64,000 bases of DNA from Thermovirgaceae bacterium (lineage in GTDB: Bacteria > Synergistota > Synergistia > Synergistales > Thermovirgaceae). Shown here in pieces: positions 36,930-46,512 of the stretch (position 1 is its first letter; the number at the start of each line of letters is the position of its first letter). A model generated the notes under the pieces. That model worked only from the letters and a program-made list of their open reading frames with translations, had not been told where the DNA came from and searched no databases. The translations under genes were made by a program, and so were the position numbers. The stretch lies in contig JAXGNU010000007.1 in assembly GCA_040767805.1 (NCBI GenBank), forward strand, positions 1-64,000, in the 5' to 3' direction.

Positions 36930-39900
36930 ATGATGAAGATCGACGAGATATTTGAAAGGAGAATAGACCGGATCATTGAAGGTGTTATCAAGGCAGATGA
37001 CGATGAGCACCTCTTTGAGGAGATTGACGAGTACGTAATAACCAACGAGATAAATCAAAGGCTTTCAGAGTTTTTGGACTACTACAACGACTACCAGGTG
37101 GTAAACGGCGCCTGGATATCCGGTTTCTTCGGTTCGGGAAAATCCCATCTGCTCAAGATCCTCTCCTATGTTCTGGAAAACCGCCTCCTTCTTGATGACC
37201 TCCCTGCTGCTGAAATATTTCTGGAAAAACTAAAGGACGATGCCCTCCTCAAGGGGCAGATGGAGAAAGCCATTTCCATACCCTCCAGAAGCATTCTTTT
37301 TAATATCGACCAGAAGGCTGACGTAATGTCAAAAAAGGAAACTGACGCGGTGCTCTCTGTATTCATGAAAGTATTCAACGATCTCCGAGGCTATGATCCC
37401 AAGATCCCCCATATTGCCCAGTTCGAATACGACATGGACCGCCAGGGGTGTTACGGAGCATTCAAAGAAGCATTTCTTGAGATATCGGGTAAGCCATGGG
37501 AGGAAGCCAGAGAGTACGTCTGGCTCGAAGCGGGAGATTTTATCGCGGCCCTTTCGAGGGTAAAGGGGATGACCGAGGAAGAAGCGACAAAAACCCTGGA
37601 TAGGTATGAACATACCTATCAACTTTCCATAGAGGACTTCGCCTCGCAGGTCAAGGACTATATCGACAACCAGGGACCTGGTTTTAGGCTCAACATATTT
37701 GTCGATGAAGTGGGGCAGTACATAGCTGATAACGTAAAGCTGATGACAAACCTCCAGACCATAGCGGAGAGCCTGGCCACCAAGTGCCGTGGACAGGCAT
37801 GGCTGATTGTCACTTCGCAGGAGGACATGGACGATGTCATCGGGGAAGTGGGCGGACGTCAGTCCAACGACTTCTCGAAGATCCAGGACCGTCTCAAGTG
37901 CAGGATGAAACTGACCAGTAAGAACGTCGCAGAGGTCATACAGAGGCGTCTTCTGCAAAAAAAGTCCGATGTCATCAGCGACCTTGCCCTCCTTTACGAA
38001 AAGGAAAAGAACAACCTGAAAACACTCTTCGAATTCCGTGACTCAGGAAGGACTTATAGACATTTCCAGTCCGAGGAAGATTTCGTCGCATGCTACCCAT
38101 TCATGCCTTACCACTTCGAACTGCTCCAGTCCGCCATAAAGGGCCTCTCCGAACATAACGCCTTTGAGGGCAAGTTCAGGTCTGTAGGTGAACGTTCCAT
38201 GTTGGGCGTTTTCCAGGAAGTCGCAAAACGCATCGCAGAAAAAAAGGTAGGTCACCTTGCCTCCTTTGATCTTATGTTCGACGGTATCCAGACGGCCCTT
38301 AAAAGCCAGATCCAAACTGACATTCTTAGCGCGGAGCGGACTCTTTCTCTCCAGCCCCTGGCTGTAAGGGTGATCAAAGCCCTGTTGATGGTGAAGTATG
38401 TGAGGGAGTTCAAAGCCAACCCAAAGAATATTTCCATCCTGCTCATCGACCGTTTCGATGTGGATCCGATAGGACTGGAAGAGGACGTGAAAAAAGCCCT
38501 CGACCTTCTTGAGAAAAACACCTACCTGAGGAGATCGGGAGACCTTTACGAGTACTTGACCGACGATGAGAAAGACGTCGAAGCGGAGATCAAAAATGTC
38601 GATGTGGACCAATCGGAGATCAACAAATTCCTGGTGGACATTATCTATCACTCAATACTAAAGGATTCCAGGATCCGGTACGAAGAAAAGCAAAAGGATT
38701 ACCCCTTCAACAAGCTGATCGATGATTCATCCTACGGGCACATCAACGCTGACCTCTCTATAAATGTAATAACGCCTTTTCATAAAAATTATGGAGACAA
38801 AAAAGCCCAAGCCATGAGATCCATTCAGGGTAACGAATTGGTCCTGATGCTCGACGCGGATCCAAGGCTGATAGAGGACTTGTATCTGAATAAAAAAACT
38901 GAAAAGTATTGTCGCATTCATCAGGGGGAAGTGACGAAGGACAACATACGAAGGATATTGTCAGAGAAAACCCACCAATACGAAGAAATGAAGTCAGACC
39001 TTGAAGCGAGGATAAAAGAAGCCATTGCGGCGGGAACCTGTTTCCTGAGGGGTGATGAGCTGAATGTTCCCCTGACAGACCCCCGGTTAAAATTTTTGGG
39101 TGCTTTCCAGTATCTTGTATCAGCCTCCTATCCGAACCTCAAAATGCTTGACCCTGGCATGGATGACAAAATGCTTGCAAAGATCTTGACGGAAAAGACC
39201 GAGGCCGGTTTTTTCGCCCCCGACGAAACCCTTTCAGAGGCAGAGAGCGAACTGCTTGCTTATCTTCAGCGGAAAAAACAGAAGGGTGACAGGATTAAAG
39301 TTAAGGACGTGATCGATGATTTCGCGGCTGTGCCTTATGGATGGTGGAACGAAGGAAGCCTATGCGTGCTGGCAAAACTGGTCGCCAGAGGCAAGATAGA
39401 CCTTAAGAAAGAATCCGATTACCTCGACAGGGCCGGCGCCCTTTCGGCTTTCAAGAACAGCCGGGAATATCCAAATACTGTCATTGAGCTCAGGGAAACC
39501 TTTCCCCAGGAAGCGGTAAGGCGCCTCAAGGATCTTCACAACAAGTTATTCAACGAAGCTAACACGAAAAGTGAAGCCAAAGATGTGGCCCTGGCTTTTG
39601 AGGAAAGGCTCCGCAAGGAAGTAGAAAGCCTTGACAACCTTCTTTACAAAGCGGACCGGTACCCCTTTGATGAGGACCTGAGTGATGCGATAGAAGAGCT
39701 TAGGAAGTTTCTTGGAAAGGACTACACTTTTTACCTCAACGAAATGATGGAGTACGAGGACCGCTTACAAGACCTCCAGGAAAACACCATTGAACCGATC
39801 AAGAACTTCATCAAAGGGCCTAGGGGCAGGATTTATGATGACATCAAAGATTTTCTTGGCGAGCAGGAGGCCAACTTCTCCTTTCTTGACCAGGCCAAAG

Positions 39901-40442
39901 TATCTGACCTGAAAAAGGGGATGTCTTCCAGGGATATCTTTAAAAACACCAACCTTCAGGACGCAAAGGCCTTGTTCGATGGTTTAAAAAAAGAATTGGA
40001 GAAAGTGCTGGCAGTGGAAAAACAGAAAGCGCTTGAGGAGATTGACCGAATGCTTCGGGAAACGAGAGGCCTGGCTGAGTACCCTCAGCTTGCGGAGGAG
40101 CAGCAAAAAGAGCTGGAAAACCCCTTTGAACAGATCGGTGAAAAGATCAGGGAGGTTAAATTCATTTTACAGATAAAAGATCTCCTAGTGACATTTAAGA
40201 AGCAGGAGTACCCGGGCATTCTGGAAAAACTGCATAAGATGACCTTGCCCATTGTTATTGATGGGAACCGCGTATGCAGCCCCGTTGCCCCAAGGAATGT
40301 TGTTACCATAACGGACCTGAAGGTCAAAAAGAAGAAGCCTATGCTTACCACCGAATCCGACGTGGAGGAATTCCTTGAGGCCTGGAGGGTAGTTCTCATC
40401 GAGCGGATAAAAGACGGCGATTCCATCCTGATCCAGGATTAA
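36930..40442 (+). CDS. brxC: BREX P-loop ATPase BrxC
   Basis: WISGFFGSGKSH, FNIDQK, VDEVGQYI, VTSQE and YPF.PY motifs. Confidence 0.93.
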   Translation: MMKIDEIFERRIDRIIEGVIKADDDEHLFEEIDEYVITNEINQRLSEFLDYYNDYQVVNGAWISGFFGSGKSHLLKILSYVLENRLLLDDLPAAEIFLEKLKDDALLKGQMEKAISIPSRSILFNIDQKADVMSKKETDAVLSVFMKVFNDLRGYDPKIPHIAQFEYDMDRQGCYGAFKEAFLEISGKPWEEAREYVWLEAGDFIAALSRVKGMTEEEATKTLDRYEHTYQLSIEDFASQVKDYIDNQGPGFRLNIFVDEVGQYIADNVKLMTNLQTIAESLATKCRGQAWLIVTSQEDMDDVIGEVGGRQSNDFSKIQDRLKCRMKLTSKNVAEVIQRRLLQKKSDVISDLALLYEKEKNNLKTLFEFRDSGRTYRHFQSEEDFVACYPFMPYHFELLQSAIKGLSEHNAFEGKFRSVGERSMLGVFQEVAKRIAEKKVGHLASFDLMFDGIQTALKSQIQTDILSAERTLSLQPLAVRVIKALLMVKYVREFKANPKNISILLIDRFDVDPIGLEEDVKKALDLLEKNTYLRRSGDLYEYLTDDEKDVEAEIKNVDVDQSEINKFLVDIIYHSILKDSRIRYEEKQKDYPFNKLIDDSSYGHINADLSINVITPFHKNYGDKKAQAMRSIQGNELVLMLDADPRLIEDLYLNKKTEKYCRIHQGEVTKDNIRRILSEKTHQYEEMKSDLEARIKEAIAAGTCFLRGDELNVPLTDPRLKFLGAFQYLVSASYPNLKMLDPGMDDKMLAKILTEKTEAGFFAPDETLSEAESELLAYLQRKKQKGDRIKVKDVIDDFAAVPYGWWNEGSLCVLAKLVARGKIDLKKESDYLDRAGALSAFKNSREYPNTVIELRETFPQEAVRRLKDLHNKLFNEANTKSEAKDVALAFEERLRKEVESLDNLLYKADRYPFDEDLSDAIEELRKFLGKDYTFYLNEMMEYEDRLQDLQENTIEPIKNFIKGPRGRIYDDIKDFLGEQEANFSFLDQAKVSDLKKGMSSRDIFKNTNLQDAKALFDGLKKELEKVLAVEKQKALEEIDRMLRETRGLAEYPQLAEEQQKELENPFEQIGEKIREVKFILQIKDLLVTFKKQEYPGILEKLHKMTLPIVIDGNRVCSPVAPRNVVTITDLKVKKKKPMLTTESDVEEFLEAWRVVLIERIKDGDSILIQD

Positions 40443-40474
40443 ACAGAAACCAGGGCTGGGAGGTACGGTAACAG

Positions 40475-43400
40475 GTGGATCTCAACAAACTGGAAAGGTT
40501 TTCAAAGGAAGCAAGAAAGAAACTCCTGGGAATTGTGGCCTCCAAACTGGATTACGTCCTCTCTTTCGATTCCGTCGAACTCAGGGAAAAGAGCGACCAG
40601 GTCCTTGAGCTGAAGCAGGAGCTTTCAAAAAAGGGCAAAGAGGCTCTGATAGAAGAAGTGGCCTACACCTGGTTCAACCGGTTCGTCGCCCTGAGGTTCA
40701 TGGACTCCAGGGGCTACACGGGCATCAAGGCCATTTCGCCCTTGCCCGGCCGAACCCAGCCGGAGATCCTGGAGGCCTTCAAGGGCGGGCACTGTCCCGA
40801 TGATATCTCTGTGGAGGAGAGAAAGAGGCTCTACAGGATACTCGACGGGGCCATACCCTCAAGAGACTCCCAGAACGAGGTTTACCGCTTCCTTCTTATC
40901 GGCGTATGCAACTCCTGGCATAAACAGATGCCCTTCATGTTCCAGAAGCTTCAGGATCATACCGAGCTTCTGATGCCCGACGATCTGTTGAGCGAGCATT
41001 CTATCCTTGCCGGGATCAACGAACAAATAACCGATGAGGACTGCCAGGACGTAGAGATCATCGGGTGGATGTACCAGTTCTATGTTTCTGAAAGGCATGA
41101 TGCAGTAATTAAGGCAAAGAAAAAGATACCCCCCGAAGATATTCCAGCAGCGACAGAACTATTCACCCCTCACTGGATCGTCCGCTACTTGGTAGAAAAC
41201 TCCCTGGGCCGCCTATGGATGCTGAACAGGCCCGCATCGAGGCTCGAAGAAGAGATGGACTACTATATTTCCTGCGACGGTGAAACGGAAGGGAATTTTC
41301 TGAGGGTGGGAAGCCCCGAAGAGATAACCGTCTGCGACCCTGCCTGTGGCTCCGGTCACATGCTAACCTATGCTTTCGACCTTTTGACAAGGATCTACGA
41401 GGAAGAAGGGTATGACCGCTCAGAAATCGCGAGACTGATACTACAGAAAAATCTCTTCGGAATGGAAATAGACCGGCGCGCAGCAGCCCTTGCGGCCTTT
41501 GCGCTGACCATGAAGGCGAGGCATTACGACAGAAGGTTTTTCAGGAATGGAATGCTCCAGCCTAATATCATCTGCCTGGAAAAGGTCGCTTTCGATGAAC
41601 GGCAACTGGAGGACTACAGTAAGGCCGTCGGCGAAGATCTGTACACCGACGAACTGGAAGAGACCCTTCAATCCTTTGAGAGCATCGATAGCATAGGATC
41701 ACTACTGACTCCTGCACTTTTAAGCCCGGGGTACTTCCTGAGGCAACTGGAAAAGAAAGATTTCCAGGACAACTGGGTGCTCAAGATCACCCACGAAAAG
41801 GTTCTTTCCGTCCTCCGCCAGGCCTGCTACCTGGCACGAAAATACCATTGCGTCGTGGCGAACCCCCCCTACATGGGGAATAAGAACATGAACGATGTGT
41901 TGAAAGAGTTTGCAAAGAAATTTTTCCCCGATACAAAATCCGATCTGTTCTCGATGTTCATACAGAGGAATTTGTTATTTACTCTCGAGGGAGGACAAAC
42001 CGGATTCATGACGCCTTTTGTCTGGATGTTCATTTCTTCGTACGAAAAATTACGGCAATTCCTCATTGAGGAAAAAACGATTACTTCTTTGATACAGCTT
42101 GAATATTCAGGTTTTGAAGGAGCAACAGTACCGGTTTGTACTTTCACTGTAGAAAACAAATACAAGCCTTATTTCAAAGGATCCTTTGTCAGATTATCGG
42201 ATTTCCGGGGAGCGAAAAAGCAAGCGCCAAAAGCTTTTGAGGCTATAAAGAACCCTAATTGCGGATGGTTTTACCGTGCCTCAGCCTCTGATTTCAAGAA
42301 GATCCCCGGCTCGCCGATCGCGTATTGGGTGAGTGAAAGGGTCCGTCGGGTTTTCGAGGAGTCACGATCGTTATCCCCGGTTTGTAAACCAACACAAGGT
42401 TTAGCAACCGGAGATAACGATCGATTCGTACGTAATTGGCACGAGGTATGCTTGAGTACCATAGGTTTTTCTTTCCCTAACAGAAATCAGGCTAAAATCT
42501 CCTGCCTGAAATGGTTCCCCTACAATAAAGGAGGGACTTTTAGGCGTTGGTATGGTAATCAGGATTTCGTTGTAAATTGGGAAAACGATGGCTACAGAAT
42601 AAAGAACTTTTCAGACGAATCCGGAAGGTTAAGATCAAGACCACAAAATTTGGAGACTTATTTCAAAGAATCAATTTCATGGTCAAAGATTAGTAGCGGC
42701 TCCCCGGCTTTCAGATATTTTCCTTCAGGTTTCATATATGATGTGGCGGGAACATCCATTTTTTGCGATGACCCTTCTTTGATGCTCAGGGCCATTGGGT
42801 ATTGCAACTCCCTCGTCACAAAAAAGTTTCTTGAGATATTATCCCCCACCCTTAATTTCGAGGTTGGCCATGTCGCATCATTGCCTATTATCCCCAGGGC
42901 CGGAAGTATGACCATTAGCCAAAGGCTCATTGGAAAATCAAAGCAGGACTGGGACTCCTACGAAACCTCCTGGGATTTTAATACCTTCCCTTTGATCGAT
43001 CCTGAACATCGCCGAATGTCCATAAAAGCAACATATCAAAACCTTCGAGTCCACTGGCAAGGAATGACCCTTGAAATGAAGCGGCTTGAAGAGGAGAACA
43101 ACAGGATCTTTATCGACGCTTATGGCCTGCAGGACGAACTATCTCCCGAAGTCCCTCTCGAGGAGATCACCCTGACCTGCAACCCCTACTACCGCTATGG
43201 AAATAAAAAAAGCGATCCCGAACTGGAATCGCTCCTTCTAGCGGACACAATGCGTGAGTTCCTATCCTACGCCGTGGGCTGCATGTTCGGTCGCTACTCC
43301 CTGGACAGGCCCGGTCTCATCCTCGCCAACCAGGGGGAGACCGTGGAGGACTACATCAAGAAAGTTGACCTTCCAAAAGAAGAGATCAGTTTTATGCCCG

Positions 43401-43969
43401 ATGAAGACAACGTCCTTCCCATAACGGAGGGGGAATACTTCGCCGACGACATCGTCGCCAGGTTCAAGAAGTTCCTTCGGGTGACCTTTGGAGATGAATA
43501 CTACGAAAAGAACCTGGCCTTCATTGAAAGGGCCCTCGGAAAGGATATCCGGAAATATTTCCTTTCGGACTTTTATTCCCACCACGTCCGGATGTATAAA
43601 AAAAGGCCCATATACTGGCTTTTCAGCAGCCCCCAGAAGACCTTCAACGCCTTGATCTACATGCACCGCTATAACCCGGATACAGCGAACACCGTCCTCA
43701 ACGAATACCTGAGGCCCTTGATCAGGAAGCTCGAGGTCGAGAAGAATATGATCGAGACTAGAAAGGCCTCCGGCCGCATTTCTGTTAGAGAAATGGCCCA
43801 GGCTGAGAAAGATCTTGGAGTGATAATGAAACAGATCCGGGAGCTTTACGATTACGAGCATAACGTCCTTTATCCAGTGGCCGCCAAAAGAATGGAGATC
43901 GACCTGGACGACGGCGTTAAGGCGAATTATCCCAAGTTTGGCCGAGCCTTATTCCAGCTCCAGATGTAA
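40475..43969 (+). CDS. pglX: BREX-1 adenine methyltransferase PglX/BrxX
   Basis: AYTWFNR, FTPHWIV, DPACGSGH, NPPY, KRPIYW and IDLDDGVK.NY motifs. Confidence 0.93.
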   Translation: MDLNKLERFSKEARKKLLGIVASKLDYVLSFDSVELREKSDQVLELKQELSKKGKEALIEEVAYTWFNRFVALRFMDSRGYTGIKAISPLPGRTQPEILEAFKGGHCPDDISVEERKRLYRILDGAIPSRDSQNEVYRFLLIGVCNSWHKQMPFMFQKLQDHTELLMPDDLLSEHSILAGINEQITDEDCQDVEIIGWMYQFYVSERHDAVIKAKKKIPPEDIPAATELFTPHWIVRYLVENSLGRLWMLNRPASRLEEEMDYYISCDGETEGNFLRVGSPEEITVCDPACGSGHMLTYAFDLLTRIYEEEGYDRSEIARLILQKNLFGMEIDRRAAALAAFALTMKARHYDRRFFRNGMLQPNIICLEKVAFDERQLEDYSKAVGEDLYTDELEETLQSFESIDSIGSLLTPALLSPGYFLRQLEKKDFQDNWVLKITHEKVLSVLRQACYLARKYHCVVANPPYMGNKNMNDVLKEFAKKFFPDTKSDLFSMFIQRNLLFTLEGGQTGFMTPFVWMFISSYEKLRQFLIEEKTITSLIQLEYSGFEGATVPVCTFTVENKYKPYFKGSFVRLSDFRGAKKQAPKAFEAIKNPNCGWFYRASASDFKKIPGSPIAYWVSERVRRVFEESRSLSPVCKPTQGLATGDNDRFVRNWHEVCLSTIGFSFPNRNQAKISCLKWFPYNKGGTFRRWYGNQDFVVNWENDGYRIKNFSDESGRLRSRPQNLETYFKESISWSKISSGSPAFRYFPSGFIYDVAGTSIFCDDPSLMLRAIGYCNSLVTKKFLEILSPTLNFEVGHVASLPIIPRAGSMTISQRLIGKSKQDWDSYETSWDFNTFPLIDPEHRRMSIKATYQNLRVHWQGMTLEMKRLEEENNRIFIDAYGLQDELSPEVPLEEITLTCNPYYRYGNKKSDPELESLLLADTMREFLSYAVGCMFGRYSLDRPGLILANQGETVEDYIKKVDLPKEEISFMPDEDNVLPITEGEYFADDIVARFKKFLRVTFGDEYYEKNLAFIERALGKDIRKYFLSDFYSHHVRMYKKRPIYWLFSSPQKTFNALIYMHRYNPDTANTVLNEYLRPLIRKLEVEKNMIETRKASGRISVREMAQAEKDLGVIMKQIRELYDYEHNVLYPVAAKRMEIDLDDGVKANYPKFGRALFQLQM

Positions 43970-43990
43970 TAAAAGTGCGAGGGCGAATTC

Positions 43991-46483
43991 ATGAACAGGA
44001 TCCGGAAAAACCTTGAGAAGATCTTTCAGAAGGAACGGATAGTCTTCTGGTACGACGAAAAAGCGGAGATGAGGGAGGTTGTCCAGAACCTCGAACTCGC
44101 CGATGTAAGCGTTGTCGAGGTGAGAAACAACGAGTTCTCTCTGAAATATAGGATCGTAAAACAGGATTCCGATTCGAAATTTCTTCTTTACTTCCCCTGC
44201 CGGAGACCTGAGGACAGCGAAAACTGGCTTCTGGATCTTCTCCTGGCGAATGTCGAGTTCAGTGCTGATGAATCTTCGGTGTTGGTGCAGGAATTGGGGT
44301 TGCCGGCCGGCCTTCGCCCCGTGGTAGAGGAACACCGGCCCTTTTTCAAATCCGCGGCCAGGACTGATGCCCTGAAAAAGCTAATAGAGAAGGATGAAAA
44401 CTCCAGGTCACTACGCATTAAAATGCTGTCCATCGCTTGCGGATCCAGCCCTAAGATGGAGGAGATCACCCTGAGGCTGGTCGGAGAACATGCCAGGGGT
44501 AAAGGGGATGGCTTCAGCAAGATAAAATCTTTTGGTTTGGAACCCTTTTTCTGGAGTGAGATGAAGAACGGTTTCGGTTACAGATCCGAGTCTCCATCGA
44601 TGATTGATTTTATTTATTCCCTGTTCGCGACAGGCTATAGGTCAGTCATGGGTGGAGATATGCCCCTTTCCAGGGAAGGTCTTATCTTCCTTAACCGCTG
44701 GAAGGACAGCACGAGTAGCATCGAGAGTTTCAAGGAAATGTCAGGGCAGGTAGCCGAGAGCCTGAATATCGTAGAAGAGCTCGACCAGGAACCATTGGAA
44801 AAATTGATCGATCTGGATATATACGAAGTTGTGGACCGAAGGATAATCGTGAACCTGATCCGTGACATCCTGTCCGATTCGATCAGTCATAAAAAAGTAG
44901 AAGAGATAATAGACGCCAGGAGGAAAAGCCTCTGGTACAGCAAGAACGAGGATTATTTCCTTTGCGTGGGTATTTCCTCGGAGTTCTTCGAAAAGATGAA
45001 AGACCTGGATCTGAGATCTGGGCACTCACAGGAGGCTTTTAGGAAATACGAAGGCAGCCTGTTCAGGATCGACCAGCTTTATCGCCAGTTTGTCCGCTCT
45101 TTCCACGCGACGGGGCCTGATTCACTTCTTATGGAACTTTACGAACGAGTCCACGGCCACTATTCAAACAATTTTCTTCTGACCCTTAATGACCGGTGGC
45201 AGAAGCACGTCAACGACATGGATGCCTGGAATATAGAAGGCATTCCTGGACAGGAGACCTTCTACTCCCGTTACGTAAAACCCTATCCTGAACAGGGCAA
45301 GAAGATATTCGTCGTCATCTCCGATGCTCTGCGCTACGAGGCGGCCGAGGAACTGAAGGGAAGGATCCTCAGGCTCGATAGATACCAGGCGGAGATCGAA
45401 AGCATGCTTGGAGTATTGCCTTCTTATACCCAGCTAGGAATGGCGGCCCTTCTCCCCCACGGAAGTATCTCCTTTGCAAAAGACCTATCGAACGTGACTA
45501 TTGATGGGAGAAGCACCCAGGGACTGTCCGCGCGGGATAGCATTTTGAAGGACATCTCTTCTGTCAAGGCTATCGCTATGAGTGCCGATGTGTTTCTTGG
45601 GCTTGATGCCCATACCGAAGGCAGGCAGGTGGCCAAGGAGCACGATGTAATTTACATCTACCACAACGGAATAGACGAAGCGGGGGACTCCAGGGACAGT
45701 GAGGGCAGGGTATTTGAGGCCGTCGAGGAGGAGTTCGACATCCTCCTTAACATAATAAAGAAGATCGTAAACGTCAACGGTAACAACATCCTTATCACCA
45801 GCGACCACGGCTTTATCTACCAGGACAAGGAGATCGACGAGAGCGACTTCGCCATGTATGAGATCCCCGATGGCGCTACCGTCATCAGCAGAAGGTATAT
45901 CGTCGGCAGGGACCTTAAAAGCCAACCCGCCTTTAAAAAATTCACCTCTGAACAGCTCGGCATCGAAGGCAGCTCGGAGGTGCTCATCCCCAAATCGATA
46001 AATCGTCTTAGAGTGAAGGGCGCAGGGAGCAGATATGTCCATGGCGGCGCGAGCCTCCAGGAGATTGTCATCCCGGTGCTTGCGGTCACTAAACTCAGGA
46101 GCAGCGACGTCAGATCCGTCGAAGTGGATGTATTTACATCTCCCAGGATCAATTCCAGGCAACCGGTTTTCCGTCTTTTTCAGACTGAACCCGTTGAGGA
46201 GAAGGTCCAGCCGCGGTCGCTTAGGATAGGTGTTTTCAGTGCCGACGACATACTCTTGTCGGAGATTTGTAAAGAAATATTTGATTCCTCTGATGAGAAC
46301 GAAAGGGCCCGGGAGAAGAAGATAGCGCTTAGTCTCTCAAGAGAGGCGGACCGGTTCAACGGACAGAGGGTTTTCTTGAAGCTCAAGGAACAGGCAGCCC
46401 CCGGGGTGAGCCAGTACAAGACTTACAAGAGCTTTGAGTTGAACCTGAATCTGCCCTTTGAGGGCGATTTTGAAGATTTTTAG
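43991..46483 (+). CDS. pglZ: BREX-1 phosphatase-fold protein PglZ
   Basis: IVFWYD, ISDALRYE, PSYTQLGMAALLP, TSDHGF and YVHGGASLQE motifs. Confidence 0.93.
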   Translation: MNRIRKNLEKIFQKERIVFWYDEKAEMREVVQNLELADVSVVEVRNNEFSLKYRIVKQDSDSKFLLYFPCRRPEDSENWLLDLLLANVEFSADESSVLVQELGLPAGLRPVVEEHRPFFKSAARTDALKKLIEKDENSRSLRIKMLSIACGSSPKMEEITLRLVGEHARGKGDGFSKIKSFGLEPFFWSEMKNGFGYRSESPSMIDFIYSLFATGYRSVMGGDMPLSREGLIFLNRWKDSTSSIESFKEMSGQVAESLNIVEELDQEPLEKLIDLDIYEVVDRRIIVNLIRDILSDSISHKKVEEIIDARRKSLWYSKNEDYFLCVGISSEFFEKMKDLDLRSGHSQEAFRKYEGSLFRIDQLYRQFVRSFHATGPDSLLMELYERVHGHYSNNFLLTLNDRWQKHVNDMDAWNIEGIPGQETFYSRYVKPYPEQGKKIFVVISDALRYEAAEELKGRILRLDRYQAEIESMLGVLPSYTQLGMAALLPHGSISFAKDLSNVTIDGRSTQGLSARDSILKDISSVKAIAMSADVFLGLDAHTEGRQVAKEHDVIYIYHNGIDEAGDSRDSEGRVFEAVEEEFDILLNIIKKIVNVNGNNILITSDHGFIYQDKEIDESDFAMYEIPDGATVISRRYIVGRDLKSQPAFKKFTSEQLGIEGSSEVLIPKSINRLRVKGAGSRYVHGGASLQEIVIPVLAVTKLRSSDVRSVEVDVFTSPRINSRQPVFRLFQTEPVEEKVQPRSLRIGVFSADDILLSEICKEIFDSSDENERAREKKIALSLSREADRFNGQRVFLKLKEQAAPGVSQYKTYKSFELNLNLPFEGDFEDF

Positions 46484-46512
46484 TATGCCCCTTTTGAAAG
46501 GCGGTACTTTTT

